From contig OY759316.1 of the NCBI GenBank assembly GCA_963662275.1, positions 704,001 through 768,000 on the forward strand: a DNA stretch of 64,000 nucleotides, read 5' to 3'. Positions 29,665 to 40,400 of the stretch are shown here, in pieces. The notes beneath the pieces were generated by a model. It was not told the origin of the DNA. It searched no databases and saw nothing but the letters and a program-made list of their open reading frames with translations. Every line of letters starts with the position of its first letter. Within the stretch, counting starts at the first letter, position 1. This DNA is from Candidatus Cloacimonadales bacterium (GTDB lineage: Bacteria; Cloacimonadota; Cloacimonadia; Cloacimonadales; DAONDQ01). A program made the position numbers and the translations under genes.

Positions 29665-29787
29665 ATACCAAGTTCAATCCACGTTCATACTAAGTTTATA
29701 CTAAGTTCATACCAATCTCTCGAAACAGGAATGAAACAGGATTGAAACAGGTATGAAACAGGATTGAAACTGGTATGAACTTGGTAT
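29665..29787. repeat. Mirror-symmetric 11-mer array
   Basis: 5 x ATACYAAGTTY-like units, a 2-nt centre, then 6 x GAAACAGGWWT-like units. Confidence 0.85.
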
Positions 29788-30378
29788 AAATTAAGTGGAA
29801 TCTTTTGGCAAAGTAGTTGGAACGCTGTTTTCAAACGGCTATGCATTTTCAAATGGCGAGATCGTAACATAATTTGGTAAATTGTTGTATTCGATAATGG
29901 TATTATCGAATTCTGCTTTTCATCGGGGATTACCAATAACCTCATACAACAAAATGCCATTTTATGTTGCTATACGATCATTTCCCATAGCTCACGCTAT
30001 GGGTTATTATCTGCCATCTCTACGAATTGGAAGGGAAGGATAGACACATGGGTCTATCCCTACTTCCATATTCCCTGACGTTTACACGTTAGCTATCGAA
30101 TTTCATCTCTCCGAGATTCATATACAGCATAAGGTATTCACAAATCATATTTATATTCTTTGATATATAAATATATAATTTGAGATGGAAAATGGAAGAT
30201 TTGCACAGCAGACGGAACGCCTCACCCCGTGAGGAGGCAAAACGCACCCTGTGCGTTTATGTTAATTTTCCCGGCGATACTTCAACTTCGCACAGTAACC
30301 GGACCTTCCCGTTTGTTAAAAAAGGAAGTCGATGGCAGAATTAGACCCCCCTACCCCCCTTCTCAAGGGGGGATTTTG

Positions 30379-32490
30379 GTTTGCCCAGAATGTTTTCTGC
30401 GCCGATGGACTGGAAGAAGTCCTGACACCTAATCAGCGGGAAGTCAACTCGAGGTCAAGGGCGTTGCCGGCAACGGCAGGGTCTGAAGTAAGACGCAGAG
30501 GGAATATGGAACATAGCGCAAGTGAACTGATGTTGGTTTGTAGAGTGGGTAACCTTTCTAAAAGTGGGAAAGCCCGAAAGCTGGATAACTCTACAGATTA
30601 TGACAGATGGCTTCATATTCAGGCAGGAAAACTTAACTGGGGAAGCCTGTTATTGTCTACTTAAGGTAGTAGCTTCGATCAAGTTGAAAGACAAGTGAGA
30701 AGCCAAGCGGTAGCAGGTGGCAGATGATTCCGTAGTAGTGATTAACCTTTTGCCTATGAAAGCTGGTGACAGTCTGGAGGATAAAACAAAAGGGACAGCA
30801 TTCACGGTAATGCTGAGTTCTGTATCTCAAAAGGCTACAGTTCATGCGAAGGGATGAAGATAATCCGAAGGCATGATTTGAAATGTGGAAAGTAATCGAT
30901 GAAAAGTGAGAAACGAAGGAAGAAGCTGAAATGCTTCGAGGCTCGGTTTGACAGTGGTGACGAACTTCCTTTCAAACCCGACCGCACGAGACTGAGTAAT
31001 CAGGGAAAGCTGACAAGCCGTAGTTTTGTCATATTGCTATATGCTAAAGAAGGCAGGACAACCTGATGAAGAGACAATCATCATCGATGAACACCTCAAG
31101 ACGAATCACAATGAGACAGGAAATGTCATGAGAAAATACTACAGCTTAATCGACAAGGTGTACTCCCTGCCCAACCTATATGCTTCCTTCACTTCGGTAA
31201 AACGAAATAAAGGTGCATCAGGCATTGATGGGCAGAGTATAGAAAACTTTGACGAACAACTGGCAGTGAACATCAACCAACTTCACGACGAACTAATGGC
31301 AGGTACTTACGAGCCATCACCTGTAAGGCGGTTAGAGATACCCAAACCCAATGGCAAAATGAGACCGCTAGGCATTCCAACGGTAAGAGACAGGGTAGTG
31401 CAGCAGGCAATCCTGAATATCATACAACCGATATTTGAGCCTGACTTCCATCCGTCCAGTTATGGCTACAGACCGCATCGGTCTTGCCAACATGCCGTAG
31501 CGAAAGCTCAGCGTTTTCTTACAGCGTACAATTTGGGTTATGCTGTGAATATGGACTTATCCAAATGTTTTGACACCTTAGACCACGAACTGATATTGAG
31601 CAGTCTGAACAGGAAAATCAGTGATGGAACACTCCTGAGGTTAATCCGCAGTTTTCTCAAATCAGGAGTAATGGTCGATGGGGATTTCAAAGCAACTGAG
31701 ATAGGCAGTCCACAAGGTGGGGTAATCTCACCCTTATTGATGAATATCTATCTGGATGAGTTTGACCAGAGGATGAAACAGCGGAACATCAGGATAGTAC
31801 GTTATGCTGATGACATCCTGATATTTGCTCCGACCAGGAAAAAGGCAGAGCAATATCAAAGGATAGCGACAGCGATACTTGAAGAACTTCGCTTGCAAGT
31901 CAATCTGGAAAAGACTCATATCAGCAGTGTCGAAACAGGAATCAGCTATCTGGGATTTTTCATCAAAGGAAGCCGTGTCTGCATCGACAAGGAGCGTTTG
32001 AAACGTTTCAAGGATAAGATACGTAAGCTTACTCCCCGCAACAGTGGCATCCCAATATCCATGACGATAGGAAGCCTGAATCCTGTACTAAGGGGATGGG
32101 GTAACTATTTCAAAGTTGCGAGTTGTAAAAGCATCTTTGCGAGCCTGATGGAATGGATACGAAGGAGGCTTCGAATGAAGAAGATGCGTGAATGGAAGAG
32201 CTGGAAAGCATTCCATAAAGCAATGCGCAGACAAGGCTTCAAGGGAGAATGCCCAAAACTATCTATGACCAGATGGCGTAACGCTCAGAGCTTCCACTTA
32301 TGCTTTGCCTTGCCGAACAAGTGGTTTGAAGAAATGAAGTTGTTTGATTTGACATCACTTCAGACAAGTGTTTTATTTAATTACTACGAGTAATTACAAG
32401 GATTATCAGGAGCCGTGTACGAGACCCGTACGCACGGTTCTGTGAGAGGGATGATGCTGGAATTAATTAGCCAGCATCACCCTACTCGAT
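30379..32490 (+). mobile_element. Group II intron, IIC-like, copy 2 (2112 nt)
   Basis: Near-identical to 19449-21560; inserted 6 nt after the hairpin CCCCCCTT-CTC-AAGGGGGG. Confidence 0.93.
31128..32393 (+). CDS. ltrA: Group II intron reverse transcriptase/maturase
   Basis: Same motifs as copy 1, including YADD. Confidence 0.95.
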   Translation: MRKYYSLIDKVYSLPNLYASFTSVKRNKGASGIDGQSIENFDEQLAVNINQLHDELMAGTYEPSPVRRLEIPKPNGKMRPLGIPTVRDRVVQQAILNIIQPIFEPDFHPSSYGYRPHRSCQHAVAKAQRFLTAYNLGYAVNMDLSKCFDTLDHELILSSLNRKISDGTLLRLIRSFLKSGVMVDGDFKATEIGSPQGGVISPLLMNIYLDEFDQRMKQRNIRIVRYADDILIFAPTRKKAEQYQRIATAILEELRLQVNLEKTHISSVETGISYLGFFIKGSRVCIDKERLKRFKDKIRKLTPRNSGIPISMTIGSLNPVLRGWGNYFKVASCKSIFASLMEWIRRRLRMKKMREWKSWKAFHKAMRRQGFKGECPKLSMTRWRNAQSFHLCFALPNKWFEEMKLFDLTSLQTSVLFNYYE

Positions 32491-32706
32491 TAGCGCAGAC
32501 AGTTCTTCTTTCCTCCTTTTATCTTCCATTCTCACCTTTTATCTTCCATTCCAACATTTTGTCCTTCTTCCTTCCCTCCTTCAATTCTTCTGTCCACTAC
32601 AACCTACGCCCAACAACCTTCTGCCAAACCATTTCTCTTGACATAGTTTCCGTATAAAAGTTACATTCATTAGGAATTACAATTATGTTAAGAAAAGTGA
32701 GGTATC

Positions 32707-34944
32707 ATGAAAACAGCATTTGTTCTTTTATTTCTATTCACATCCTTTTGTTTTGCGTTACCGCGTGGGACGACACAGAATCCTTATCCTGATGGAGGCA
32801 TCATAGTTGGTCATGCTCCAGCAATAGAGTTACCTCAACACAACCAATCAATACTGATTTCGCATCCGCTGGATAGGGATAACTGGGAACCTGTGGATAC
32901 ACTTCATTTTGATACAATCCTTCCAGCAGGAAGTTATTTGGGGTTTCAATATCAGCAAAATAGTCATCATACAATGTTGTTCACGAATATTGGAGAACTA
33001 ATACCGGAATCAAAAACGGCAATACAAAAATCTCCAGCATGGCTCAGGGTTGATTTGGAAAGTGTGCTGAATAAACTTTCAGTTGCAAAGCAACTGATAT
33101 GGGCAAGTGTCATCAATGATGCTGTTGATCCGTATATTGATGAGATCGCTTTCAGTATTGCTCATTCTTCCATTCAATATTTATCGTCAACCTATGCAAA
33201 TCCACAGCTCATGATAGAAAATGCCAACATGATTTACCAGGTAGATACTAATTTGCCATATGTGGATATCATGGATTACGGTACTTCCACAACGAATCCT
33301 GATTATTATTCAACAACACGTTACAGAAGGATGAATGCTGATAGTACGATCAGTTATATAGAAGTGCCCCGCGATATCTATTATTGGTATATTGTGCATC
33401 CTAAAATTACGGATGAAATACCTGCTTATATAGATCCGTCTATCGTTGAAAGCAATACATCACATGTGAATAATATCGCTGCCCCACCTACCGGCAAGTT
33501 CTGGCGTACTTTTTTGTATTCTGTACAGCAGGACACTCTTCCTGTTCTTAGTCAGGTATTAGCAAATTGCCAGACATTAAGAAACTGGAATGGAACTCCT
33601 GGAGATGCAATAACCGCTATCCAGGATTGGATCAATGCAACGATCAGTTTTACTTCTAATGCAGAACGACCTCATCAGCCTGTTCGTATTTTTCAAAAAC
33701 ATTTTGGAAGATGTGGAGAACATGCTGATTATACAGCAGCCGCTGCTCGGTTAGCTTTAATTCCTTGTACAAGTATTCAAGCCATTTCAGTTGATCATAC
33801 CTGGAATGAGTTTTGGGATGAGAATTGGATTCATTGGGAGCCTGTAAATCATTCAATTAATGACCCTTTTGTCTATGAAAACGGATGGACTTGGAGTTTT
33901 GGATCAGTATTTGAGACAAGAAGCGATGGTTTCCTGACACCGATTACAGAGAGATATTCTGAAGGAATTGCCACGATTAATATCGTTGTCCTCGATAACC
34001 AACAACAACCAATCGACGGAGCCAGGGTATTGTTAATGGTGAATGCTGCCGGAACACTGAAATTCGATATGCAGGGAATTACTGGGAATGATGGGATTTG
34101 TACATTTCCGGTTGGAGAAAATCGTCATTTCGCTGCTCGAGTGGAAACATCCATTGGATCATTACCTGAAACTGGAGGAGAATATCTTGATCTAGTTGAA
34201 AGTACGTCTGATGGTAATGTGTATTCATATCAGTTTGATATCAGTAATAGCATGCCCGCAGCTAATATAAATCTGATTGAACCAGCTCCGATTGATGAGA
34301 ATTACCGCCTGGTAACATCACTGAATGTCTCCAAACAGGTTTTATGCGGGGTTGTTATGTGGGATGATATCATGGATGTCTCAACCAGACCCTCTGTATA
34401 TAAGACCCTAGACATACCTGGTGATGCGAATTTTATTCTGACAGACTCAGATAATATTATGTTCTATCAAGCAGTTTCAGTGGCAGATGCGTATAACTTT
34501 TCAGGTTCATTTTCCCAGGAAACAGGAATATATCATATTCCTTCGACAATCGATTGGTATGGCTGCGTCGATAATTTTAATCATCTCTCAAATGCACAAT
34601 ATATATCAGGCTCAATGAGATTAGAACAACTTGTTGTGAGTACAGATGATCATCTGGCTATTGATTCTGAATTTAGGGGCTTTCCCAATTATCCAAATCC
34701 TTTTAATCCCAATACAGAGATCAGGTTTCAGTTGCCAAAATCAAACCTGGTTGAGCTTTCCATCTATAATATCAAGGGACAGAAAGTCAAGACCCTACTG
34801 AATCAGTTTATGGAAGCTGGTCAGCAGAAAATCATCTGGAACGGCACAGATGATACAGGGTGTTCAGTCTGTTCAGGTATATACTTTTATCGTTTGGAAG
34901 CAGGTGATAAGTGCTATATACACAAGATGGTGCTGTTAAAATAG
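32707..34944 (+). CDS. Secreted transglutaminase-like protein with a FlgD/T9SS-type C-terminal tail
   Basis: Signal peptide; GRCGEHA, DHTWNEFW; NYPNPFNP...IYNIKGQKV...KMVLLK. Confidence 0.8.
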   Translation: MKTAFVLLFLFTSFCFALPRGTTQNPYPDGGIIVGHAPAIELPQHNQSILISHPLDRDNWEPVDTLHFDTILPAGSYLGFQYQQNSHHTMLFTNIGELIPESKTAIQKSPAWLRVDLESVLNKLSVAKQLIWASVINDAVDPYIDEIAFSIAHSSIQYLSSTYANPQLMIENANMIYQVDTNLPYVDIMDYGTSTTNPDYYSTTRYRRMNADSTISYIEVPRDIYYWYIVHPKITDEIPAYIDPSIVESNTSHVNNIAAPPTGKFWRTFLYSVQQDTLPVLSQVLANCQTLRNWNGTPGDAITAIQDWINATISFTSNAERPHQPVRIFQKHFGRCGEHADYTAAAARLALIPCTSIQAISVDHTWNEFWDENWIHWEPVNHSINDPFVYENGWTWSFGSVFETRSDGFLTPITERYSEGIATINIVVLDNQQQPIDGARVLLMVNAAGTLKFDMQGITGNDGICTFPVGENRHFAARVETSIGSLPETGGEYLDLVESTSDGNVYSYQFDISNSMPAANINLIEPAPIDENYRLVTSLNVSKQVLCGVVMWDDIMDVSTRPSVYKTLDIPGDANFILTDSDNIMFYQAVSVADAYNFSGSFSQETGIYHIPSTIDWYGCVDNFNHLSNAQYISGSMRLEQLVVSTDDHLAIDSEFRGFPNYPNPFNPNTEIRFQLPKSNLVELSIYNIKGQKVKTLLNQFMEAGQQKIIWNGTDDTGCSVCSGIYFYRLEAGDKCYIHKMVLLK

Positions 34945-34958
34945 ACAAATAGCTTTAG

Positions 34959-35075
34959 TGAATCATCTATGTAACATTGTTTCAACTATGAAACAGTGTT
35001 ATAGTGTAACGTAACTTATTGATTTAGAATATGTTATGATCTATTCTGCAATCTACGTGTATCATCTATGTAACA
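34959..35075. promoter_or_regulatory. Three putative enhancer (UAS) sites and an IHF-like site
   Basis: TGAATCATCTATGTAACA (34959), TGTTTCAACTATGAAACA (34978), TGTATCATCTATGTAACA (35058); TAACTTATTGATT at 35012. Confidence 0.7.
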
Positions 35076-35151
35076 GTGAAGGTATCAGGCTATCTGGAAG
35101 ATGCTTCTCTAACTTATTGAAGTATAAACACATAACAGAAATAATAATTTG

Positions 35152-35167
35152 TGGCTCACCTCTTGCA
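35152..35167 (+). promoter_or_regulatory. sigma54 (-24/-12) promoter
   Basis: TGGCTCACCTCTTGCA, which is GG-N10-GC, about 30 nt upstream of GGAGG and the ATG. Confidence 0.78.
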
Positions 35168-35199
35168 CTTATAGATACACAATAGAACAGGAGGTTAAA

Positions 35200-37389
35200 A
35201 TGAAACTGAGATTTTTTGTGTTTCTTCTAATTGTAAGTCTGGCGGCACTTCTTAATGCAGCCTCCATCACAGGTAATATTGCAGATCAACAAGGTCTTCC
35301 GCTTGCTCAATGTAATGTCACTTTACATGGTATTGGTGATAATCCTATGGATCCTCCACATGTTGGACATCATAGTGACCAAATCAGTGTTACAGATGAA
35401 CAAGGTATTTATACTTTTGAAAATGTCGAAATCGGTTCTTATACCATTCAAGCTGATAAGCGTGGCTATCTTGAGCAACCTTATATTGATCCCACTACTG
35501 GACATCTGAATGTGATTGAAATTGATGCAGATGAACAAGAAGTCGAAGGGATTAATATTGTTATGACCCGCGAAGGTGGACCTCTTGAACGCTTCGGTAG
35601 CGTTAGTGGTTTAGTAAAAGGTACAGATGATCTGCCGCTTAGCGGTATCATGGTTGGTGTTGCATTAGCATCACAACCTGATTCCCTGATTCCTTTCCAT
35701 TATGCAGAATCGAATTGGGAAGGATTTTATAGCATCATGGGTTTGGAAACAAATCAAAGTTATGTTGCAAAAGCAATCAACAACTTCACCATGACTGCAA
35801 TTTCTAATGATGTTCCTTTCACGACTACCACCTCATTACCCTATGTGAGAAATTTGGATATTACTCTTCCTTATCAAGGTTATTCCATATCCGGTACTGC
35901 TTACAATAGAGAAGGGCTTCCGATTCCACATGCCTTTGTTGTACTGTACAATATTGTTCCCAATACCACAAATAGCATTTATCTTTGGATTGGTACATTT
36001 GCTGATATGGATGGACACTACACATTACAGCATATTGTTCCGGGTTCCTATAATATGGCATTGGTCAATCACTTCTGGATGCCTGTATTTTATCCTTCAA
36101 CAACCGATTATGATGCCGCAGGTGTCGTGACTGTTGTTGATGCCAATGTTGAAGGCATCGATATTACCATTCCAATACCTCAAACTTATACCCTGAGCGG
36201 GTTTGTTACTGATGCAACTACAGGTTTAGCTTTATCCGGTATCAAAGTACGCATCGATCGTCCTGGGATGGGACATCATGGTGATCCAACAACCGGACCA
36301 GCAGATTCTACAAGCTGTCCTGATTTTATCACCAATGCAACGACTGATGAGACTGGATATTGGTCTTTTGTCGTTCCACAAGGTGATTATGTCTTAGTGG
36401 CTGTTGATCCGACCCATGTTTATCGTGCCCAATTCTATGGTGGAGCTTCAAATCCATTCGAAGCAACTCATCTTATCGTTGATAGCGATCTGGATAGTCT
36501 TAACTTTGCGATGTCAATTAATGTACCTACTGTAACTAACAGTATCAGTGGATTGATCACTGAAAACGGTGCAATACCTTCATACCCGGTTATGGTAGTA
36601 GCTGTATCCAGTGATGAAGATTGGGAAGATGCCACAATGACAGATCAGAACGGTGCATATACTTTACGTCATGTTCGTCCTGGTGATTATTACGTTGTCG
36701 CATGTGCTCCTTCTGCACCTCCAACATACTATCAAAATTCAATTACTTGGGAAGATGCTCAACTTGTCACAGTTAATGGAAGCGTCTTAGGCATAGATAT
36801 CCAGTTGAATTATACCCCACTCAGCGGACCGGGTACATTAGAAGGTACTGTAGTCTCAGCGGGTGGTACTCCCCTTGCAAATGTAACGGTTGCTCTTCAG
36901 GATAATCAGGATAATGTAATTACTTTCGCCACAACTGATGCAAACGGACAATACTCGATTCCGCAACTTGCTGATCAGAACTATAAAGCGATTGTGACTA
37001 TTCTGAATGTTCCTACATATGAAGAGCAAGTCTTGGTAACTGGAAATGTGAATCGTGATTTTGTTTTAAACGCACCTACTGGAACTGATGATCAATACCA
37101 GACTTTACCGACTACATCTGTATCTCTTAGAAACTACCCGAATCCCTTTAATCCTGTCACAACGATTGCTTTTAACGTCCCTAAAGCATCCAATGTGACC
37201 GCAGAAATCTACAATCTGAAAGGACAGAAAGTTAAGACCTTGGTCCATGGTTTCCTTTCAACCGGTCTGCAGCAATTGAGTTGGAATGGTACTAATGATA
37301 TGGGTAAGACTGTATCCAGTGGTATCTACTTCTGCAAAGTAAAGGGAAACAATTTCCACAGCACCCATAAAATGGTCATGCTGAAATAA
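35200..37389 (+). CDS. Secreted protein with carboxypeptidase-regulatory-like Ig repeats and a FlgD/T9SS-type tail
   Basis: Signal peptide MKLRFFVFLL; repeated SISG/TD..G.Y motifs; NYPNPFNP tail. Confidence 0.8.
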   Translation: MKLRFFVFLLIVSLAALLNAASITGNIADQQGLPLAQCNVTLHGIGDNPMDPPHVGHHSDQISVTDEQGIYTFENVEIGSYTIQADKRGYLEQPYIDPTTGHLNVIEIDADEQEVEGINIVMTREGGPLERFGSVSGLVKGTDDLPLSGIMVGVALASQPDSLIPFHYAESNWEGFYSIMGLETNQSYVAKAINNFTMTAISNDVPFTTTTSLPYVRNLDITLPYQGYSISGTAYNREGLPIPHAFVVLYNIVPNTTNSIYLWIGTFADMDGHYTLQHIVPGSYNMALVNHFWMPVFYPSTTDYDAAGVVTVVDANVEGIDITIPIPQTYTLSGFVTDATTGLALSGIKVRIDRPGMGHHGDPTTGPADSTSCPDFITNATTDETGYWSFVVPQGDYVLVAVDPTHVYRAQFYGGASNPFEATHLIVDSDLDSLNFAMSINVPTVTNSISGLITENGAIPSYPVMVVAVSSDEDWEDATMTDQNGAYTLRHVRPGDYYVVACAPSAPPTYYQNSITWEDAQLVTVNGSVLGIDIQLNYTPLSGPGTLEGTVVSAGGTPLANVTVALQDNQDNVITFATTDANGQYSIPQLADQNYKAIVTILNVPTYEEQVLVTGNVNRDFVLNAPTGTDDQYQTLPTTSVSLRNYPNPFNPVTTIAFNVPKASNVTAEIYNLKGQKVKTLVHGFLSTGLQQLSWNGTNDMGKTVSSGIYFCKVKGNNFHSTHKMVMLK

Positions 37390-37405
37390 TTCATCTGTAC
37401 ATCTG

Positions 37406-37436
37406 AAAGGGAAAAGCTTAGGCTTTTCCCTTTTTT
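37406..37436 (+). terminator. Rho-independent terminator
   Basis: AAAGGGAAAAGC-TTAG-GCTTTTCCCTTT followed by Ts. Confidence 0.8.
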
Positions 37437-37496
37437 AATTGACATATCTGTTACTGAAATGTTACAGGTGTAACAAATGAATATATGGGGTGCTAT

Positions 37497-40400
37497 ATGC
37501 CTTCCGAACAAATTATGTTCTCTCAACTGGAAGTAGTTGAAACATTAGGCGAAAGTATCTTTTCCCGAACCTTCCTTGTACAGGACTCCCGAGGAAAGAG
37601 ATTTGTCAGGAAAGAGTATAAAAGCGGATTACTTAGTGAAGCCAGAAGAGAATATATGTTTCTTCAAACAATCCGTGGTGATGGTATAGTTTCTCCGATC
37701 ACGTATGGGGAAGATGGACATCCGTGGCTTCTCATGGAGTATATTGAGGGAAGTCCTTTAAATCCAAATGTTTTTAAAAGCAGTAAAATAACCTATCGTT
37801 TTTTAGCTCAGCTTGCCTCGATCATAGCAAAAATCCATGCCTGCGGTATTGTTTTAAATGATTTGAAACCAACTAATTTATTAATCCATGAAAATAAGCC
37901 TGTACTGCTTGATCTCGGACTGGCAACGGTCAATCTCTACCAGGATGCAAATTTTCGAGGTACAACAGCCTATGCTGCTCCAGAGAAGATATTAAGACAG
38001 ACAAATCACCAGGCGGGGGATATCTTTTCCATGGGTATGCTGATTTACTTTGTAGAACATGGGAAAACACTTGTCGATGAGGTTGGCATCAATTCATACC
38101 AGAATTTCCTTAGTTCTGAGGAAACATGGCAGGAATTTATTAACGGTCATATTGAAGATGATTTCTTATTGAGTATGCTGGATTACCAACCCAAGGATCG
38201 TCCGGCTGCTTATCAAATAGCAAAGCATTTTGCTGAATTGGGTACGATAACCTGCACAGATCTGAATATATATGAAATTCAATCGGTCATTTTCAAGTCT
38301 CAGCAGGTAGCTGTAGAACGATTATGGAATAAAAAGCAGTTAAAATGCCAGTTTGCAGATGAACCATTCCATTTGGAGCAATTACTCTCACTATGGTCTG
38401 AATCCAATGGGAAAAGACTGCTGGTACTTGATGAACGTTCATTTATTTCTCAGCCGGATTTATTCTTCCAATCTTTTCCTATTGGTTACAGAGATAAAAG
38501 CGTATTCCGCGATCTCTTCATGGATTGGATCAGCGAACAACCAGTTTCTCTGCTATTGAAGCGCAATAAAACCAGGGGACTTAGCAGTTTCTTTGATGAA
38601 TTAGCAGAATTTCATTCCGCCATGGTTCTATGGGATGACTTAGAAAGTGACTTGAAGCCTGTTGGCACAACGGAGATTCGTTCAATTATTGATAACTTAT
38701 GTATTCCAGATACACAAAAGCAGCAGATGATCAAGCAACTGAAATCAAGCAGAGCATTTCACTTACGCCTGGCGTTAACAGAATTTTTACGTAAGAAAAG
38801 CGATCATAACTCTCAAAACGATTTGGTTGATTTTCTAGCCTGGCTTGAATCTCCTATACCAGTCTCTTTAGCTGAACATGCTTGGGAGAATTGGTATCAA
38901 TTAATCCAGGATGGTATCATCAAACATCAGTTAAGACTTGAAGGAGAGCAAATCAGTGTTGAAAAATCACGTAAATCGATTCATCTACCTCAAGAGGATT
39001 TGTTGCAGAAAATTGATTTAGCTGCTCTCCATAATGGACAGTTTTACGTTTCCGGTTTGATTCATTTTGCCTTGGGAGATGTGGGAAAAGCTCTTTCTTC
39101 ATGGGTGATATATGTGGACGATTTAAGCCATAAGCAGTACTATTTTTCTGCCTATGAATTTCTGCGTCAGTTGCATTCGATGATACCTAATGCGGACTAT
39201 CCCTTTGAATTACGCAAGAAAGAAGCTTTCATAGCTCGAATTGTTGGTCGTTTTGAAGAAGCGATGGACTTATATACACAATTAAGAAAGGAAACTAAGG
39301 GATTAACAGAAGCTGTTCTGGCAGTAGATCAGGCAATCGTACTTCAATCGTTGAATCGCCATGATGAGGCAATCGAAATTTACCAGGAAGCTATAGAGCT
39401 TTTCCGGATAAACCAGGATTGGAAAGCAACCTTACGAGCCATGAATAACCTGGGAGCTGTCTATTTTGGACTCCAGCGTTACTTTGATGCAGAGCGTCTT
39501 TTCAATGAGGTCTTACTGCAGGCGCGAGCCATCAATAATCTGCAATTTGAAACGATATCATTTCTGAATCTTGCTGACATATATTTAAAAAGAGGAGATT
39601 GGAATAAGGCTCTCTTCTTTACGGAAAAGGCAATTGCCATAACAATCAGGAATCAGAAGTGGAATCTCCAGGTTAATGGAACAATACTAATGTGCAGAGC
39701 GCTATTTGCGCAGGGTGAATCAGGAAAAGCAATTCAGTGTCTGACAGATATTTTGGATGATAGCAGATGTAAGGAGAATCCAATACTTACTTCAGAAATT
39801 AATGCCTGGCTGCTTCATTTTTCTGAGCTGAACACGAATGATATTGTGGATTCTTTGTATAAGGAATTACTCGAACATCATGAACCAGAGCAAGAAATAC
39901 TGATTCGTGAGCTTTTCTTTTCAGCGTATGGTCGCAAACATTATTGGCAAGCTGTTCTATTGGCAAAAAAACTGGACAAGGTTACGATGTTGAAGTTTTT
40001 TTTAGATAATGACGTAGAGTCCATTGAAAAGCGTTTGCAGGAACTGAAGCAGCAACAGGAAATAGATTCCTATCTATATTATGCTCTTCATCTAATGAGA
40101 ACGGGCATGATTTGCGAAAAAGATACTCTCTACGATGAAATCTGGGAATCAGCAGAGCTTTTTGCCTATGAACCTTTACGGAAGTTCAATAAACATTTTA
40201 CGGGAGTTTATGATCACAGTTCAGATGTCTTGGAATATCTATGGATGGATATATCCACAGGTTTTGATTTTTCATCGGCTATCAGTAAAGCGCTAGAATT
40301 AATCACTCGTATGACTCGTATGGAAAGAACCATCTACCTGGAGTATCAGAATGGCACACTGAAAAGTATTGCTGCAATGAATCATGAAATGAAGCCAATA

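Noticed and set aside
31540..31575. D-to-N change (AVNMDLSKCFD) inactivating the RT of intron copy 2
   Set aside because: The catalytic Asp is the following D, and YADD is intact
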